A program made the position numbers and the translations under genes. Shown here one piece after another: positions 63,888 to 64,000 of a stretch of DNA of 64,000 nucleotides. How positions within the stretch are numbered: the first letter of the stretch is position 1; each line of letters opens with the position of its first letter. Origin of the DNA: Squalus acanthias (taxonomy: Eukaryota); contig CM059431.1 of the NCBI GenBank assembly GCA_030390025.1, forward strand, positions 105,960,001 through 106,024,000, written 5' to 3'. The notes beneath the pieces are model-generated. The model was not told the DNA's origin. It was given only the letters and a program-made list of their open reading frames with translations, and did no database searches.

Positions 63888-64000
63888 ACATAGAATCACA
63901 GACGCATACAGCACAGAAGGGGGCCATTTGGCCCATCGTGCCTGTGCTGTCTCTCTGAAAGAGCTGTCATGCTTAGTCCTAAGAGAATCATAGAAGTTTA
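63888..64000 (-). mobile_element. CR1 tail fragment(s)
   Basis: catagaat tail and 3' UTR motif. Confidence 0.65.

Overview
Eukaryotic, repeat-dense DNA from a cartilaginous fish (shark or ray), judged from its repeat families: HE1/V-SINE, SacSINE1-like DeuSINEs, CR1 and L2 LINE fragments, and Penelope fragments. Most ORF-track entries are LINE/SINE by-products. The one convincing protein-coding gene is an intact, two-coding-exon minus-strand gene (45995..45602 + 45345..44579, 386 aa). It encodes a Myb/SANT-like domain protein of the Harbinger/NAIF1/MSANTD type, has no transposase partner or TIRs nearby, and carries a 7-aa tandem repeat. A splice acceptor lies 17 nt before its ATG. About 5.3 kb upstream on the same strand is a solo LTR (TG..CA, 4-bp TSD) with TATA, an Inr-like start and a splice donor, suggesting an LTR-driven, transposon-derived gene (inference). 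Also present: several PIF/Harbinger-type MITEs with 3-bp TSDs, a decayed two-ORF Harbinger element, short Penelope-type inserts carrying minimal hammerhead ribozyme motifs, a 62-bp-arm hairpin, a 23-bp minisatellite, a 196-bp local duplication, CNE-like blocks and low-confidence minus-strand exon chains that I cannot assign to a gene. Repeat boundaries are approximate unless a TSD is quoted.
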